This document shows positions 61,850 to 64,000 of a stretch of DNA of 64,000 nt, piece after piece. The stretch is from Perna viridis (Eukaryota). The notes below the pieces were generated by a model. It did not search any database. It saw only the letters and a program-made list of their open reading frames with translations, and was not told the origin of the DNA. Location: assembly GCA_037379345.1 (NCBI GenBank), contig CM074514.1, forward strand, positions 30,070,001 to 30,134,000, given 5' to 3'. Numbering within the stretch: the first letter of the stretch is position 1; every line of letters starts with the position of its first letter. Position numbers and translations under genes: made by a program.

Positions 61850-63906
61850 TTACATGTGCATGCCCATATCGTTGGCAAGTGTGTGCCACCTGTTGACAGT
61901 GATACGCGGTTGTGACATCATTTCCTGCCAATGTACGAGTTCATTACCGCGTGCATACATAAATGAACCAAAGGTAGTTTTCCCATAAATTTCATTTTGC
62001 CCGAGATATTTCTTTGGGCAAACCATAACTGTGACAACAAAATTACAAGTGTCCACTGGCTGTCCGGATATACAGAAAGAGAAGGCTTCATTGAAGGTTG
62101 GGTCTTCTCTGACTGATTTAATAATGGTTTTCTTCGATTTGTGTGGTCTACGGGCGAGATTCATCTGAACTTTCACATAGATACCTGAAAATAAAATGAT
62201 GTCAATATAATGGGAACAAGGCAATTAAATATTGGCAAAAAATACCGCGGCGTCAGCAGTGGGATAATTCAAATACGTGATGTCAAAATCCCAAAACATG
62301 GCCTGAACGTGAAACAGGAATAAAGGCGATCTACATACACAATATAACAAATCGAATAACCATTCACTAAATATATTACAAATGAAAACTGAAGAGAAGG
62401 AAACAAGACGTCCCACGAAAAAAAATTAGTACTAGCAATATGAACTCCAACAAAAAAAACGGAAATGACATCAGGTGCCCGGTAGGGTAAACATGTCCTG
62501 CTCCGCTAGTGGCACCTGTCATATTGCAAGTGAGTATTAACCGGTATTAGCCTAGCAACAATTATGCAGCTCAACAAAGTATCATGCGGAAATGGTGGAA
62601 AATTATCCTTAGTAGACAAATTGAATTAAGACACCAATAATAAAATCACTTTCAGGGAAACATGATCTATAAAACTTGGGAAATACCAACTACATAATAA
62701 AAAAACGCCGGGATTTTTATCTTGAACTCGATATAACAACAAAACCATATATAACTCCTTATTTTGGGAATACTTTACGATAATCAAAATCTGTACTGCA
62801 CACACCCGATTGGTGTATAAATATGTTAAAAAATCAAAGGTGTAACTCAAAGGGAAGATAGCCGAGCACGATCTCCGTATTCGGATGAACGTGTGAAAAG
62901 GGCAAATCGATATCGCAGGCATTAAGATAGTCTGCTCTTGTAATGAAAGCGGGAAGTTTAGCGTGCTGTATAAAACCTGGTTTGGCACATCTTTCATTTA
63001 GAAATGCCAGTGCCAAGTCACGACCATTGCAGTGCTCTTCCAACTTACCGGTTTTGCCCTGATATTGCCATTTTTAAACGGTCTATCCTTTTAGACTATT
63101 CCTTTTGACTACTGCCTAGATTTTATTAGTACGGTAATTTTGTTATTACCCTTCACTAAATATAAAAGTATGATATACAAACCACTGATTCTGTCGTAAT
63201 CGAGATGTTTGAGATGTCGGCCTCCAAGTATTACAACTTTGATTTTGTCGTTGTGTGGAAGATAACATAATCCTATGTTAATTTCACCCAGAGAGTTGTT
63301 CATCTGCAATAAAGAGGGTGTTTGCAATGTCCAAATAGTCGATTTCAGGAGGTAGACCTAAGGTAAGGGACACAACTCTTACAAATCATTGGAACGTTTG
63401 TATTCAACATTTTACATCAACCTGGATTTATTTCATTCCGTTTCAATTGAAAGCTTGAAAGGCTTTGGTGAAATTGAATATGATACAAACATTTTAAGAT
63501 TTTTCACTGATTTTAAGAGTTATGTCCTTTACCCAAGGTCTACCTCCTTAAAGTACTTTACAACATTATTGTTAAATAGGAGGGTACATTCTACAAAAAA
63601 AGAACGTTATACACAAGGGGTTGTTTGTTCAGTTCTAGTCTTGCATTAGGTTAAAATTCGAGTATTCCATTTCTGTTAAACGTTTCTGCGCTGTTTCTTA
63701 ATAAAATTACTAATTCGTTAAAATGGTGTATGTGAGTGTCTTACTTGTGCGTTTGTTTCTAGATCCCTCCACAAAGAGACATCTTTAGATTTATCGACGT
63801 CAGCCAAAGGAATGAGGGCATGTCCGAGGGCGTGTCGAACTTTCCGTTTATCCACTGCATATACAGAGAACCTCAGTGTTCTGCTATCTAACTCCTCTAT
63901 AGGAAC
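61850..63906 (-). CDS. SYT15: Synaptotagmin-15-like gene, last three exons (end of C2A and all of C2B): 63906-63745, 63303-63183, 62184-61850
   Basis: VPIEELDSRTLRFSVYAVDKRKVRHALGH...WRDLE / LGEINIGLCYLPHNDKIKVVIL / GIYVKVQM...KKT...DPTFNEAFSF...GSFMYARGNELVHWQEMMSQPR...RWHTL. GT-AG sites have consistent phases. The FMYARGxELxHW motif is what I recognise as SYT15-type. Confidence 0.85.
63348..63547. mobile_element. MITE family A copy in a SYT15 intron
   Basis: GGAGGTAGACCTAAGGTAAGGGACA...GGTCTACCTCC|ttaa. Confidence 0.85.
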
Positions 63907-64000
63907 CTAACATAGTATAACACATTATTGTTTAAAACCGAATCTAAAGGTTACTCTTGTAGTGTTTCGGGGCGTTTTTGGAGAAATACGGAATATTTAA

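Noticed and set aside
6023-63649. Numerous 60-125-aa ORFs in introns and intergenic DNA
   Set aside because: Compositionally random or MITE-derived. For example, ORFs 53710 and 63389 are both translations of MITE family A, with no domain signal.

Overview
AT-rich animal genomic DNA. The repeat content resembles that of a bivalve such as Mytilus (inference, not verified). About 57 kb is the 3' part of one very large + strand cadherin gene. I assembled 40 exons by hand (283..56798; 7,967 nt; about 2,654 aa visible; all intron phases consistent). They encode about 21 cadherin repeats, an RRKR furin-type site, a membrane-adjacent non-cadherin domain, one transmembrane helix and an acidic tail ending in a PDZ-binding motif (-EITSF*). 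This architecture matches the CDH23/PCDH15/CDHR2/Cad99C group. The gene start lies upstream of the window. Converging on it are the last three exons of a synaptotagmin-15-like gene (- strand, 63906..61850). The introns hold a decayed Naiad-type Penelope-like retroelement, several nested MITE families, long hairpin elements and many minisatellites. The most unusual observations are a 4x123-bp array whose ends and junctions look like att/lox recombination sites, minisatellites built from a working splice donor and a working splice acceptor, a GC-AG intron, and decayed hammerhead-like motifs. There are no CRISPR arrays, rRNA genes or prokaryotic systems.
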